Of a stretch of 64,000 nucleotides of DNA, positions 42,324 to 54,406 are shown one piece after another (position 1 is the first letter of the stretch; the number at the start of each line of letters is the position of its first letter). Under the pieces are notes generated by a model. It saw nothing but the letters and a program-made list of their open reading frames with translations. It was not told the origin of the DNA and did not search any database. The position numbers were made by a program, and so were the translations under genes. Location of the stretch: NCBI GenBank assembly GCA_963771275.1, contig CAVYSW010000010.1, positions 224,001 to 288,000 on the forward strand. The letters run 5' to 3'. This stretch comes from an uncultured Gemmatimonadales bacterium (GTDB taxonomy: Bacteria; Gemmatimonadota; Gemmatimonadetes; Gemmatimonadales; GWC2-71-9).

Positions 42324-43529
42324 ATGCCGTTCGGCACGATTGATCAGGCGATTGCCGATGTCCGGGCGGGCCGGCTCGTCATCGTCGCGGATGACGAGGA
42401 TCGCGAGTGCGAGGGCGACCTCGTCGGCGCCGCGGAGCTGGTGACCCCCGAGACGATCAACTTCATGGTCACGCACGGGCGTGGCCTCGTGTGTCTCACG
42501 CTGATGCCGGAGCGGTGTGCGGCGCTCGGCCTGCCGCAGATGGCCGAGCACAACGCCGAGTCGTACGAGACGGCGTTCACCGTGAGCATCGACGCGGCCA
42601 AGCGGTTCGGCGTCACCACCGGGATCTCGGCGGCCGATCGCGCGAAAACCGTGCAGGTCGCGATCGATCCGGTGACCGATCCCGCGGACCTGCGGCGGCC
42701 GGGCCACGTGTTCCCCCTGCGGGCCCGTCCCGGCGGGGTGCTGCAGCGCGTCGGGCACACCGAAGCGAGCCTGGATCTGGCGCGGTTGGCGGGGCTGTAC
42801 CCGGCGGGCGTGATCTGCGAGATCCTGGCGCCGGACGGGACGATGATGCGACGCACGCAGCTCGAGCTGTTCGCCGCGCATCAGGGCCTGACGCTGGTGA
42901 CGGTGGCGCAGCTCGTGGCGTACCGGCTGCAGCACGAGCGCCTGGTCCATCGCGTCGCGGAGGCCCGGCTGCCCACGCAGTACGGGACGTTCCACATCGT
43001 GGGCTACCAGAACGACATCGACGACGCCGAGCACGTGGCGCTGGTGTACGGCGACGTGGCGGGCCGTGAGAGCGTATTGGTGCGGATGCACTCGAAGTGC
43101 CTCACGGGAGACGTGTTCGCGTCGGCCCGGTGCGACTGTGGCTGGCAGCTGCAGAGCGCGATGCAGACGATCGCCCAGGAGGGGGCCGGGGTCATCGTGT
43201 ACCTCGACCAGGAGGGTCGGGGCATCGGGCTGCTCAACAAGCTCAAGGCCTACGAGCTGCAAGACGCCGGGCACGACACCGTCGAGGCGAACGTCCGGCT
43301 GGGCTTCCCGCCGGACCTGCGCAACTACGGGATCGGGGCCCAGATCCTGATCGACCTCGGACTCTCGTCGATCCGCATCCTCACGAACAACCCGCGCAAA
43401 CTCGTGGGACTTGACGGGTACGGGCTCGAGATCGTGGCGCGCGTGCCGATCGTGCCGCCCGCCACGGACGAGAACCGTTCCTACCTCGAGGTCAAGCGCG
43501 ACAAGCTCGGCCACCTGCTGTCCGACTGA
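42324..43529 (+). CDS. ribBA: Bifunctional DHBP synthase / GTP cyclohydrolase II
   Basis: DDEDRE.EGDL, TTGISAADR, RPGHVFPL, GHTEA; HSKCLTGD, RCDCG, QEGRGIGL, LTNNPRK. Confidence 0.96.
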   Translation: MPFGTIDQAIADVRAGRLVIVADDEDRECEGDLVGAAELVTPETINFMVTHGRGLVCLTLMPERCAALGLPQMAEHNAESYETAFTVSIDAAKRFGVTTGISAADRAKTVQVAIDPVTDPADLRRPGHVFPLRARPGGVLQRVGHTEASLDLARLAGLYPAGVICEILAPDGTMMRRTQLELFAAHQGLTLVTVAQLVAYRLQHERLVHRVAEARLPTQYGTFHIVGYQNDIDDAEHVALVYGDVAGRESVLVRMHSKCLTGDVFASARCDCGWQLQSAMQTIAQEGAGVIVYLDQEGRGIGLLNKLKAYELQDAGHDTVEANVRLGFPPDLRNYGIGAQILIDLGLSSIRILTNNPRKLVGLDGYGLEIVARVPIVPPATDENRSYLEVKRDKLGHLLSD

Positions 43530-43530
43530 C

Positions 43531-44010
43531 ATGCGCGAGACCGACGCCACTCCCCGCACGCTCGCCGGGCGGGCCCTCGTCTGCGCGAGCCGGTTCAACG
43601 AAGCCGTGGGCCGGCGGTTGGTCGACGGCGCGCTGGCCGCTCTCGCCAGCGGCGGCTACGGCGTGGATCGCGTCGACGTCGCCTGGGTCACCGGGGCGTT
43701 TGAGCTCCCGCTCGTGCTCGATCAGGGGCTCCGCACGGGCCGGTACGACGTGGCGGTCGCCGTGGGCGCGGTCATTCGCGGGGAGACGCCGCACTTCGAG
43801 TACATCGCCCGGGAAGCGACGCGCGGCATCGGGACCGTCGCGCTCGCCCGCGGGGTGCCGATCGGCTTCGGGCTGCTCACCTGCGACACGCTGGAGCAGG
43901 CGCTCGAGCGCTCGGGAGGCGCGGCCGGCAACAAGGGGGGAGAGGCGGTGGACGCGGCGCTCAACTCGCGTCGCGTCATCGGCTGGCTCGCCGGCGATGC
44001 TCCGGCGTGA
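43531..44010 (+). CDS. ribH: Lumazine synthase
   Basis: SRFN, V.GAFELP, GAVIRGETPHFEYI, FGLLT, NKG. Confidence 0.93.
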   Translation: MRETDATPRTLAGRALVCASRFNEAVGRRLVDGALAALASGGYGVDRVDVAWVTGAFELPLVLDQGLRTGRYDVAVAVGAVIRGETPHFEYIAREATRGIGTVALARGVPIGFGLLTCDTLEQALERSGGAAGNKGGEAVDAALNSRRVIGWLAGDAPA

Positions 44011-44410
44011 GACGCGGGTCCGAGCCCGCGCCCTGCAGATCCTCTACGCGTGGGAGTCGCAGAACCAGCCGCCGGTGCGCCTCGTGGCCGACGGCCTGTA
44101 CCAGCTGCACGGCGGCCGCGACCGGGTGTGGGACCGCGCGGCCGCGCTGGCGGCGGCGGTGGCGGAGGCTGTCGGCCGACTCGACGCCGAGGTCGCGCAG
44201 GACATCGCGCGCTGGCGCCTGGCACGGGTGGGCGTGAACGAGCGCAACATCCTGCGGCTGGCCACGCACGAGCTGCTGCACACGGACACGCCGGCCCCGA
44301 TCGTGATCTCGGAGGCCGTCCGTCTGGCCCACTGGTTCGCGGGCGCCAAGGCGCCGCCGTTCGTGAACGGCGTGCTCGACGCCCTGGCGCGCCGCGTCGG
44401 GCGGCTGTGA
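43997..44410 (+). CDS. nusB: Transcription antitermination factor NusB
   Basis: RARALQILY, W.L.R...ERNILRLA, ISEAV.LA, FVNGVLD; follows ribH. Confidence 0.9.
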   Translation: MLRRETRVRARALQILYAWESQNQPPVRLVADGLYQLHGGRDRVWDRAAALAAAVAEAVGRLDAEVAQDIARWRLARVGVNERNILRLATHELLHTDTPAPIVISEAVRLAHWFAGAKAPPFVNGVLDALARRVGRL

Positions 44411-45537
44411 GGATCCTCGCGGTCAACTGGCAGGATCTCGACAACCCCACGGCGGGTGGGGCGGAGGTGCATTTCTTCGAGATCTTCGGGCGGCTGGCCG
44501 CGGCCGGGCACGCGGTGACCCTGGTGGCCTCGGGCTGGCCGGGCGCGGAGCCGGTCGCCGAGATCCGGGGGATTCACGTACGGCGCGTGGCCGGTCGCCA
44601 CACGTTTGCCGCTCGGGGGCGGGGGGCGGTCCGCCGCGCGCTGCGCGAGCAGCGCTACGACGTGGTGGTGGAGGACATCAACAAGCTGCCGCTGTTTCTG
44701 CCGCTGCTGACGCGGCTGCCGTTCTACGTCATCGTGCCGCATCTGTTCGGCAGCACGGCGTTTCGCGAAGCGGCCTGGCCGGTCGCGGCCGTGGTGTGGG
44801 CGGCCGAGCGGCCGGTTCCGTGGGTCTATCGCCACGCGGCGTTCCACGCGATCAGCGCCAGTACGCGTGACGACCTCGTGGCCCGCGGCGTGCCGGCGGA
44901 CCGCGTGCGGGTGATCTGCCCCGGTGTGGACAGCGCCTGGTTCGCTCCCGATGTCGCCACGCCGCGCGCGGCCGCCCCGACCTTCTTGTACGTGGGGCGC
45001 CTGAAGCGTTATAAAGGGGTGGAGACCGCTGTCCGGGCCATCGCGTCGGCGCGGCAGGCAGGATGGGACCTCCGGCTGGACATCGCGGGCCAGGGCGATG
45101 ACCGACCGCGGCTCGAGCGGCTCGCGGTGACGCTTGGCGTCGCGGGCGCCGTCCGCTTTCTCGGGTTCGTGTCCGAGGAGGAGAAGCGCACACTGCTCCG
45201 TCGGTCGTGGGCCACGGTGTTTCCGTCCCCCAAGGAGGGGTGGGGGATCACCAACGTGGAGGCGGCGGCCTGCGGGACGCCGGCCGTCGCGGCCGACAGC
45301 CCCGGGCTGCGCGATTCCGTGCGCCACGAGCACACCGGCCTGCTGGTCCCCTGCGACGACCCACCCGCCCTGGCGGCCGCGCTCACGCGGCTCGCCGCCG
45401 ACCCCGCCCTGGTTGCCCGGCTCGGGGCCGGTGGCCGCGCGTTCGCGGAAGCGCTGTCGTGGGATGCCGCCGCGGCCCAGACGGCCGATCACTTGACCGC
45501 AACGATCCGCGCCACCCGGCGCGGGGAAAGGGAGTGA
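44407..45537 (+). CDS. Glycosyltransferase family 4
   Basis: AGGAEVH, YVGRLKRYKG, EGWGITNVEAAACG (E-x7-E). Confidence 0.88.
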   Translation: MRILAVNWQDLDNPTAGGAEVHFFEIFGRLAAAGHAVTLVASGWPGAEPVAEIRGIHVRRVAGRHTFAARGRGAVRRALREQRYDVVVEDINKLPLFLPLLTRLPFYVIVPHLFGSTAFREAAWPVAAVVWAAERPVPWVYRHAAFHAISASTRDDLVARGVPADRVRVICPGVDSAWFAPDVATPRAAAPTFLYVGRLKRYKGVETAVRAIASARQAGWDLRLDIAGQGDDRPRLERLAVTLGVAGAVRFLGFVSEEEKRTLLRRSWATVFPSPKEGWGITNVEAAACGTPAVAADSPGLRDSVRHEHTGLLVPCDDPPALAAALTRLAADPALVARLGAGGRAFAEALSWDAAAAQTADHLTATIRATRRGERE

Positions 45538-45541
45538 GTCC

Positions 45542-45844
45542 GTGCAGACGACGGTAACGGCTCGGCATTGCGACATTCCCCAGGATCTGCGCGCGCGCGC
45601 GAGCGAGGTCTCGGACCGGCTGGCGAAGATCGCCCACCGTCCGCAGCGCATGGAGATCGTGTTCGACGCGGACCACGGCAAGCAGGTCGTCGAGCTCAAG
45701 ATGTGGCTGCCACGCGGCCACACCTACGTGGCGACCGCGGAGGCAACCGACTTCCGCACGGCGCTCGACCGCGCCGCGGAGCGGCTGCGATCCCAGCTGG
45801 ACAAGGGTGGGAGCCACCCCGAGCGGCGGACCGCGGCGTCCTGA
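45542..45844 (+). CDS. hpf: Ribosome hibernation factor (HPF/RaiA, short form)
   Basis: VTARH...DFRTALDRAAERLRSQL; upstream of hprK. Confidence 0.75.
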   Translation: MQTTVTARHCDIPQDLRARASEVSDRLAKIAHRPQRMEIVFDADHGKQVVELKMWLPRGHTYVATAEATDFRTALDRAAERLRSQLDKGGSHPERRTAAS

Positions 45845-45846
45845 CC

Positions 45847-46815
45847 ATGGCCACCCTCACGGTCCGCGATCTGGTCGCGGAGAAGCGCCAGTCGCTGCAG
45901 CTCGATGCGCTCACGGGCGACGTCGGGCTCGACCGGCCGATCACGGTCCCCGAGATATCGAGCCCGGGTCTCGTGCTCGCGGGCTACTCGGCGCGGTTTC
46001 TGGCCAAGCGGCTGCAGGTGCTGGGCGAGACGGAGGTCACCTATCTCCGCTCGCTGTCCGACGAGGAGCGCCGCCAGACCGTGGACCGGTTCTTCGCGCG
46101 CGACGTCCCGGCCGTGTTCGTCACGAAGGGCCAGACGTTGCCGCCCGACGTGCTCGAGGCGGCCCGCGCGCACGGCGTGCCGCTGATGCGCTCGGCGCTC
46201 AAGACGGCGGAGTTCTACTCCCGGATCACGCCGTTCCTGCAGGAGGCGTTCGCGCCGCGGGTGACGGTGCACGCCTCGCTGGCGGATGTCTATGGCGTGG
46301 GGCTGCTGTTCACCGGGCGCTCCGGCATCGGCAAGAGCGAGTGCGTGCTCGATCTCGTCGAGCGCGGTCACCGGCTCGTCGCCGACGACGTGGTGCACGT
46401 GACGCGGCGCGGCGCCGACGTGCTGCTGGGCCGCGGGCACGAGCTGTCGCACCATTACATGGAGATTCGCGGCGTGGGCCTGGTGGACGTCAAGGCCCTG
46501 TTCGGCATCCGGGCCGTGCGCCAGCAGAAGCGCATCGAGGTGGAAGTCGAGCTGACGGACTGGGACAGCACCAAGGAGGTGGACCGCACCGGGCTCGATC
46601 TCAAGACCACGACGCTCCTCGAGGTGGAGCTGCCCAAGGTGAGCGTCCCGCTCAACCCGGGCAAGAACATCACCGTCATCTCGGAGGTGGTGGCGATGAA
46701 CCACCTGCTGCGCTATGGCGGCTACGACCCCGCCAAGGTGTTCAACGATCGTCTGCTGAAGCGGCTCGCCGAGCAGCGTGAGCTGCGGGAGTACCTGACC
46801 GAAGACTATGAGTGA
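45847..46815 (+). CDS. hprK: HPr kinase/phosphorylase
   Basis: PGLVLAGY, GRSGIGKSE, RGHRLVADD, MEIRGVG, PGKN. Confidence 0.96.
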   Translation: MATLTVRDLVAEKRQSLQLDALTGDVGLDRPITVPEISSPGLVLAGYSARFLAKRLQVLGETEVTYLRSLSDEERRQTVDRFFARDVPAVFVTKGQTLPPDVLEAARAHGVPLMRSALKTAEFYSRITPFLQEAFAPRVTVHASLADVYGVGLLFTGRSGIGKSECVLDLVERGHRLVADDVVHVTRRGADVLLGRGHELSHHYMEIRGVGLVDVKALFGIRAVRQQKRIEVEVELTDWDSTKEVDRTGLDLKTTTLLEVELPKVSVPLNPGKNITVISEVVAMNHLLRYGGYDPAKVFNDRLLKRLAEQRELREYLTEDYE

Positions 46816-47188
46816 CTTGCTGCGCGGGGTGGTCGTGTCGCACGCCGATCTGGCGGACGCCATGGTCGAGGCGGTCGCGAAGATCACGGGAGAGACGGAC
46901 GGGCTGGTCGCGGTGAGCAACCGGGGCTGCGACCGGGCGACGCTCGATCGTCGCCTCGCCGAGGCGATCGGCGACGTACCGGCCGTGGTGTTCGTGGACC
47001 TGCCGAGCGGGAGCTGCCTGCTGGCGTCGGCGAGCTACCTGCGCGCACACGACAACGTGGCATGCGTGGCGGGCGTCAACCTGGCGATGCTGGTCGATTT
47101 CGTGTACCACCGGGCGGTGACGCCGGCTGAAGCGGCGGAGCGCGCGCTCGCAACCGGCGCCCGCGCCATCAAGGTGATCGGCCTGTGA
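46808..47188 (+). CDS. PTS mannose-family EIIA
   Basis: VVVSHA (phospho-His), VDLPSGS, GVNLAML. Confidence 0.88.
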   Translation: MSDLLRGVVVSHADLADAMVEAVAKITGETDGLVAVSNRGCDRATLDRRLAEAIGDVPAVVFVDLPSGSCLLASASYLRAHDNVACVAGVNLAMLVDFVYHRAVTPAEAAERALATGARAIKVIGL

Positions 47189-47658
47189 GCGCGCTGCTGG
47201 TGCGCGTGGACGATCGGCTGGTCCACGGACAGGTCGTCGTGGGTTGGGGGCAGGCGCTCCGCCTCCGCCACCTCGTTCTGGTGGACGACGAGATCCGGAA
47301 CAGCCTGTGGGAGCAGGACCTGTACCGCATGGGCGTGCCCGAGGGCATGGCGCTGGAGTTCGCCTCGGTCGCCGAGGCGGGCGGCGCGTACCCGCGCTGG
47401 GTGGCCGAGGGCGGGCACACGATGATCATTCTCGGCGACGTCGATACCCTGGTCCGGCTGTGCGCGGCGGCGCCGGTGGCGCGCGTCAATCTGGGAGGTC
47501 TGCACGCGAGGGAGGGACGGCGCGAGCGGCTGCCGTACGTCTTCCTCAGCGACGGCGAAGTGGCGCAGCTCCGCGCCCTGGCCGCGCGCGGTGTCGCGGT
47601 GACCGCGCAGGACGTGCCCACGGCCCCGCCGGTCCCGCTCGTGGAGCTCGCCGCGTGA
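47185..47658 (+). CDS. PTS mannose-family EIIB
   Basis: RVDDRLVHGQV..W, VNLGG. Confidence 0.92.
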   Translation: MSALLVRVDDRLVHGQVVVGWGQALRLRHLVLVDDEIRNSLWEQDLYRMGVPEGMALEFASVAEAGGAYPRWVAEGGHTMIILGDVDTLVRLCAAAPVARVNLGGLHAREGRRERLPYVFLSDGEVAQLRALAARGVAVTAQDVPTAPPVPLVELAA

Positions 47659-48323
47659 GCGTCCTGACGATCGCCGCCCTCCTGGCCTGGGGTGTCGTCG
47701 CCGGGCTGGACTTCGTGAGCGTGCTGCAGGCCATGGTCGCGCGCCCGCTGGTGGCCGCCACCGTGGCGGGCGTGATCGCTGGCGATCCCGCGAACGGCGT
47801 GCTGGTGGGCATGGCGCTCGAGCTGTTTGCCCTCGAGGTGCTGCCCGTGGGTGGGGCCCGCTCGCCCGACTATGGACCCGGCGCCGTGGCCGCGGCGGCG
47901 GCCGCGCGCGGCAGCCCGCCCGCCGCCCTCGGGATCGCGGTGGCGGTCGGGCTGCTGATCGCGCACATCGGGGACTGGAGCATCGTGGCCTTGCGGCGGC
48001 GGAATACCGTGCGGGTCCGCGCGGCCGCCGCCGGACTCGATGCGGGCGACCTCCGGACGATCAGCCGGGTGCAGTTGCTGGGCATTCTGTGGGATGCCGG
48101 ACGGGCGCTCGGCCTGACGACGCTGGGGCTCGGCGTTGCCTACGCCGCGCGGCACTGGCTGCCGGTTGCTCCCAGGGCCGCCGTGCTGCTGACGGCCGTT
48201 CTGGTCGGTGTCGGCCTGGCGACGGCCGCGGGTAACGCCGTGCGCCTGGCGGCGCGCCGCAGCGGCGCGCTATGGCTGGCGCTCGGACTGCTTGGGGGAG
48301 GACTGTGGATCGCCCTCCGCTGA
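47655..48323 (+). CDS. PTS mannose-family EIIC
   Basis: RPLVAATVAG..GD...G...G..LEL, PVGGA..PD. Confidence 0.85.
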   Translation: MSVLTIAALLAWGVVAGLDFVSVLQAMVARPLVAATVAGVIAGDPANGVLVGMALELFALEVLPVGGARSPDYGPGAVAAAAAARGSPPAALGIAVAVGLLIAHIGDWSIVALRRRNTVRVRAAAAGLDAGDLRTISRVQLLGILWDAGRALGLTTLGLGVAYAARHWLPVAPRAAVLLTAVLVGVGLATAAGNAVRLAARRSGALWLALGLLGGGLWIALR

Positions 48324-49051
48324 TCGCGTTCCTGCGCACCTGGTTCCGGCTGCTGACGGTGCAGGCGAGCTGGAACTACGAGCGCATGATCGGCGTTGGC
48401 TTGGGGTACGCGGTCGAGCCCCTGATGCGGGCGCTGCCCGGCGGGCGCGAGGGCGAGCGGTACCGGGACGCGATGCGGCGCGCGGCGCGCTACTTCAACG
48501 CCCACCCCTATCTCACGGGGCTCGCCGCCGGCGCCTTCGCCCGGGCGGAGCACGAGCAGGTGCCGAGCGAGCAGATCGAGCGGCTGCGCACGGCGCTGCT
48601 CGGGCCGCTCGGGGCGGTGGGCGATCGCCTCGTGTGGGCGGGTACGCTGCCGGCGGCGTCGGCCTTGGGGTTGGCGCTGTCGGCGGCGGCGCCGGCTGGG
48701 GTCGGAGCGGCCGCGCTGCTCGCGCTGTACAACGTGCCGCACGTCACGCTGCGTGTGTGGGGCCTCAGCGCCGGCTGGCGCCGCGGCACCGGCCTGGCAC
48801 GTGCGCTCGCGGCCCCGGTGCTCACCGTCGCGCTGCGCGTCGTGGGCCCGGTCGCCGCGGTCGGCATCGGCGTCGCGCTGCCGCTCGTGGCGGCGCGCCT
48901 CGGGGGGAGCCTCGACGTGGCGGCGTGGCTGGCGGGTGCCGCGAGCTGCGCGGCGGCGTGGGTCATCGCGCGGTGGCTCGCGCCGACGCTGGGGGGCGTG
49001 CGGCTCGCCCTGCTCGCGGCGGCGGCGGTCCTGATCGGGACCGGCCTGTGA
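48305..49051 (+). CDS. PTS mannose-family EIID
   Basis: QASWNYERMIGVG, FNAHP, LLGPLGAVGDRLVW. Confidence 0.9.
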   Translation: MDRPPLIAFLRTWFRLLTVQASWNYERMIGVGLGYAVEPLMRALPGGREGERYRDAMRRAARYFNAHPYLTGLAAGAFARAEHEQVPSEQIERLRTALLGPLGAVGDRLVWAGTLPAASALGLALSAAAPAGVGAAALLALYNVPHVTLRVWGLSAGWRRGTGLARALAAPVLTVALRVVGPVAAVGIGVALPLVAARLGGSLDVAAWLAGAASCAAAWVIARWLAPTLGGVRLALLAAAAVLIGTGL

Positions 49052-49329
49052 CGGCGCTCGAGCGCGTGGTGACGATTGTGAACCCCCTCGGCCTCCACGC
49101 GCGGCCGGCGGCCGAGTTCGTCAAGGTGGCGTCCGCCTTCCGCGCCGAGGTGGAGGTGGAGAAGGACGGCATGCAGGTGAATGGCAAGAGCATCATGGGG
49201 GTCATGACGCTCGCGGCGGAGTGCGGCAGCTCCATGCTGATCCGGACGATCGGCGAGGATGCCGACACGGCGCTGGCAGCGCTCGCGGATCTGGTCGCAC
49301 GCGGCTTCGACGAGGCATACGCCGAATGA
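49048..49329 (+). CDS. ptsH: Phosphocarrier protein HPr
   Basis: GLHARPAA (His15), GKSIMGVM (Ser46). Confidence 0.95.
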   Translation: MTALERVVTIVNPLGLHARPAAEFVKVASAFRAEVEVEKDGMQVNGKSIMGVMTLAAECGSSMLIRTIGEDADTALAALADLVARGFDEAYAE

Positions 49330-51125
49330 CGGGAAAGCTCATGCATGGGATCGGCGTGTCGCCGGGCGTTGCCGTGGGCCCCGCCGTCGTGCTGCGACGC
49401 GAGTTCCCGGACGTTCAGGCGCGGGTGGTCGAGCCCAACGCGGTCGAGGGCGAGGTGCGCCGCCTGCACGACGCGGTCGGCACGGTGCGGCGTGGGCTGC
49501 TGCAACTCCAGGAGCGCGCGCTCGAGCGGGTGGGCCCGGAGGAAGCGAAGATCTTCGAAGCGCAGCTGATGATGCTCGAGGATCGTGTGTTTCTCGGACA
49601 GGTCGAACGGCTGATCCGTGACAACCAGCTCGCCGCGGAGCGGGCGTTCGAGTTCAAGGGCCTCGAGCTGCGCGCCCTGTGGGCCGACTCCGGGAATTCG
49701 CAGCTCCGCGACCGGGTGGCGGACCTCTCGGGCATCCAGCTCCGCGTGCTCAACTTCCTGCTCGGCCGGCCGGACGACGAAGAGCTGCACGTGCACGCCG
49801 AGCCGGTGATCATCGTCACGCGGGAGCTGACGCCCGGTCTCACGATCCAGTTCGAGCGGGACCGCGTGGTGGGCTTCGTGAGCGAGGAGGGGACGCGGAC
49901 CGCCCATGCCGCGATCCTCGCGCGGAGCCTCGGCATCCCGTGCGTGATGGGGCTGCAGGGCGCCCTCGACAGCATTCCGGCGGGCGCGCAGCTCGTGCTC
50001 GACGGCACCCGTGGCACCGTGCTGATCGAGCCCACGGCCGGCCAGGTCGCCGTCGCCCAGAAGGTCGAGGCGCATCGCCAGACGATGCTCGAGGATCTCG
50101 AGCAGGAGGCGCGCCTTCCCGCGGTGACCCTCGACGGGCAACGCATCGTGTTGCGCGGCAATCTCGATCTGCCGGAGGAGCTGGACGCGCTCGCCCGGCA
50201 CGGGGCGGAAGGCGTGGGGCTGCTGCGCACCGAGTTCATGGTGGTCGGGCGGGCCTCGCTGCCGAGCGAGGACGAGGCGCTCGAGTACTTCCGGCGGGTG
50301 ACTCGGCGGTTCCCCCGGCTGCCGGTCATCGTGCGCAGCTACGACGTCGGGGGCGACAAGTTCCCCGCGGCGTTCCGGATCGCGACCGAGCCCAATCCGT
50401 TCCTGGGCTGGCGGGCACTGCGCGTGTGCCTCGACCGGCCCGAGATCTTCCTGACGCAGCTCCGCGCGCTGCTCCGTGCCCGCCTCGATGGCGACGTGCG
50501 GCTGATGCTGCCCCTGGTGATCGAGGTCGGGGAAGTGACCCGGACGCGGGCCCTGATCGACGAGGCGCGCGCGAGCCTGGCCCGCGACGGGATCCTGGCC
50601 GCCACGAGCCTGCCGGTCGGGGTGATGGTGGAGACCCCGGCGGCCGTCACCCTCGCCGACCAGCTCGCGGCCCACTGCGACTTCCTCAGCGTCGGGACCA
50701 ACGACCTGACCCAGTACACGCTCGCCATGGACCGCGGCAACGCGCGGCTCGCAGAGCGGTTCAGCGGCTTCCACCCCGCGGTGTTGCGCATGCTGCGACA
50801 CCTGCGGGACCTGACGGCCGGGACGACGACGGCGGTCGCGGTGTGCGGCGAAATGGCATCCGACCCGCTCGGCATCTTCCTGCTGCTCGGCCTGGGATAC
50901 CGCGAGTTCAGCATCGCTCCCACCACCGTGCCGCTGGTACGCTGGCTGGTACGCCGCTTGCGTACGTCGGAGGCGGAGTCGGCGGCTGTGGCGGCCCTCG
51001 CGGCGACGAGCGCGGCGGCGGCGGCGGCGACCTTGGGGGAGCGCCTGGCGGCGCACGTGGATCTGCGCCTGCTCGACGTCGACTGGTTGCCGGCCTCCCG
51101 GTCCGATGCTAGCTTGCAGCCGTGA
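49326..51125 (+). CDS. ptsI: PTS enzyme I
   Basis: [56 protein letters not shown]. Confidence 0.95.
   Translation: MTGKLMHGIGVSPGVAVGPAVVLRREFPDVQARVVEPNAVEGEVRRLHDAVGTVRRGLLQLQERALERVGPEEAKIFEAQLMMLEDRVFLGQVERLIRDNQLAAERAFEFKGLELRALWADSGNSQLRDRVADLSGIQLRVLNFLLGRPDDEELHVHAEPVIIVTRELTPGLTIQFERDRVVGFVSEEGTRTAHAAILARSLGIPCVMGLQGALDSIPAGAQLVLDGTRGTVLIEPTAGQVAVAQKVEAHRQTMLEDLEQEARLPAVTLDGQRIVLRGNLDLPEELDALARHGAEGVGLLRTEFMVVGRASLPSEDEALEYFRRVTRRFPRLPVIVRSYDVGGDKFPAAFRIATEPNPFLGWRALRVCLDRPEIFLTQLRALLRARLDGDVRLMLPLVIEVGEVTRTRALIDEARASLARDGILAATSLPVGVMVETPAAVTLADQLAAHCDFLSVGTNDLTQYTLAMDRGNARLAERFSGFHPAVLRMLRHLRDLTAGTTTAVAVCGEMASDPLGIFLLLGLGYREFSIAPTTVPLVRWLVRRLRTSEAESAAVAALAATSAAAAAATLGERLAAHVDLRLLDVDWLPASRSDASLQP
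51087..51115 (+). promoter_or_regulatory. Putative metK promoter inside the ptsI 3' end
   Basis: TTGCCG (51087-92), 17-bp spacer, TAGCTT (51110-15) with TGn extension. Confidence 0.45.
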
Positions 51126-51178
51126 CGCGGCAGCCTCCGGCAGCCGCGTCAATTCATTGTGAGCACGGGAGTTACCCA

Positions 51179-52363
<1,185 letters not shown>

Positions 52364-52424
52364 CGCGGCTCGGAACGGACGACCCGCGCGGCGGGTACGC
52401 GAAAGAAGACGGGAGCACATCGCT

Positions 52425-53903
<1,479 letters not shown>

Positions 53904-53907
53904 CGGC

Positions 53908-54405
53908 GTGATCACGGAAGTGCGCGTCGCCCACCTCGGCCTCGATCGCGCGACCAATTCGCCGGTCGTGATCCTGCAGGAGAAGGACGGCGACCGGGTC
54001 CTGCCGATCTGGATCGGGCCGGCCGAGGCGAGCGCCATCGCCATGGAGCTGGCCGGCGTCAAGTTCAGCCGTCCGCTGACGCACGACTTGCTGAAGCAGG
54101 TGATCGTCGGGCTGGGCGCGGAGCTGCGGCGCGTGCTGATCACGCAGGTGAAGGACAATACCTATTTCGCCGAGCTGCAGATTCACCGCGACGACCAGGT
54201 CTTCCACATGGACGCGCGGCCGTCCGACAGCATCGCGATCGCGCTGCGCCTCAACGCGCCGATCTTCACCGACAACGAGCTGCTGGAGTCCTCCTCCGTT
54301 GAGACTGTCGACGCCGCCGATGCACCGCAGCCGCTCGATGCCGAGCAGCTCAAGACCTATCTCGAGAATCTCGATCCCGAGGATTTCGGCAAGTTCCGCC
54401 CGTAG
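53908..54405 (+). CDS. Bifunctional nuclease family (DUF151)
   Basis: LPIWIG..EA.AI, RPLTHDL, DARPSDSIAIA. Confidence 0.9.
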   Translation: MITEVRVAHLGLDRATNSPVVILQEKDGDRVLPIWIGPAEASAIAMELAGVKFSRPLTHDLLKQVIVGLGAELRRVLITQVKDNTYFAELQIHRDDQVFHMDARPSDSIAIALRLNAPIFTDNELLESSSVETVDAADAPQPLDAEQLKTYLENLDPEDFGKFRP

Positions 54406-54406
54406 G

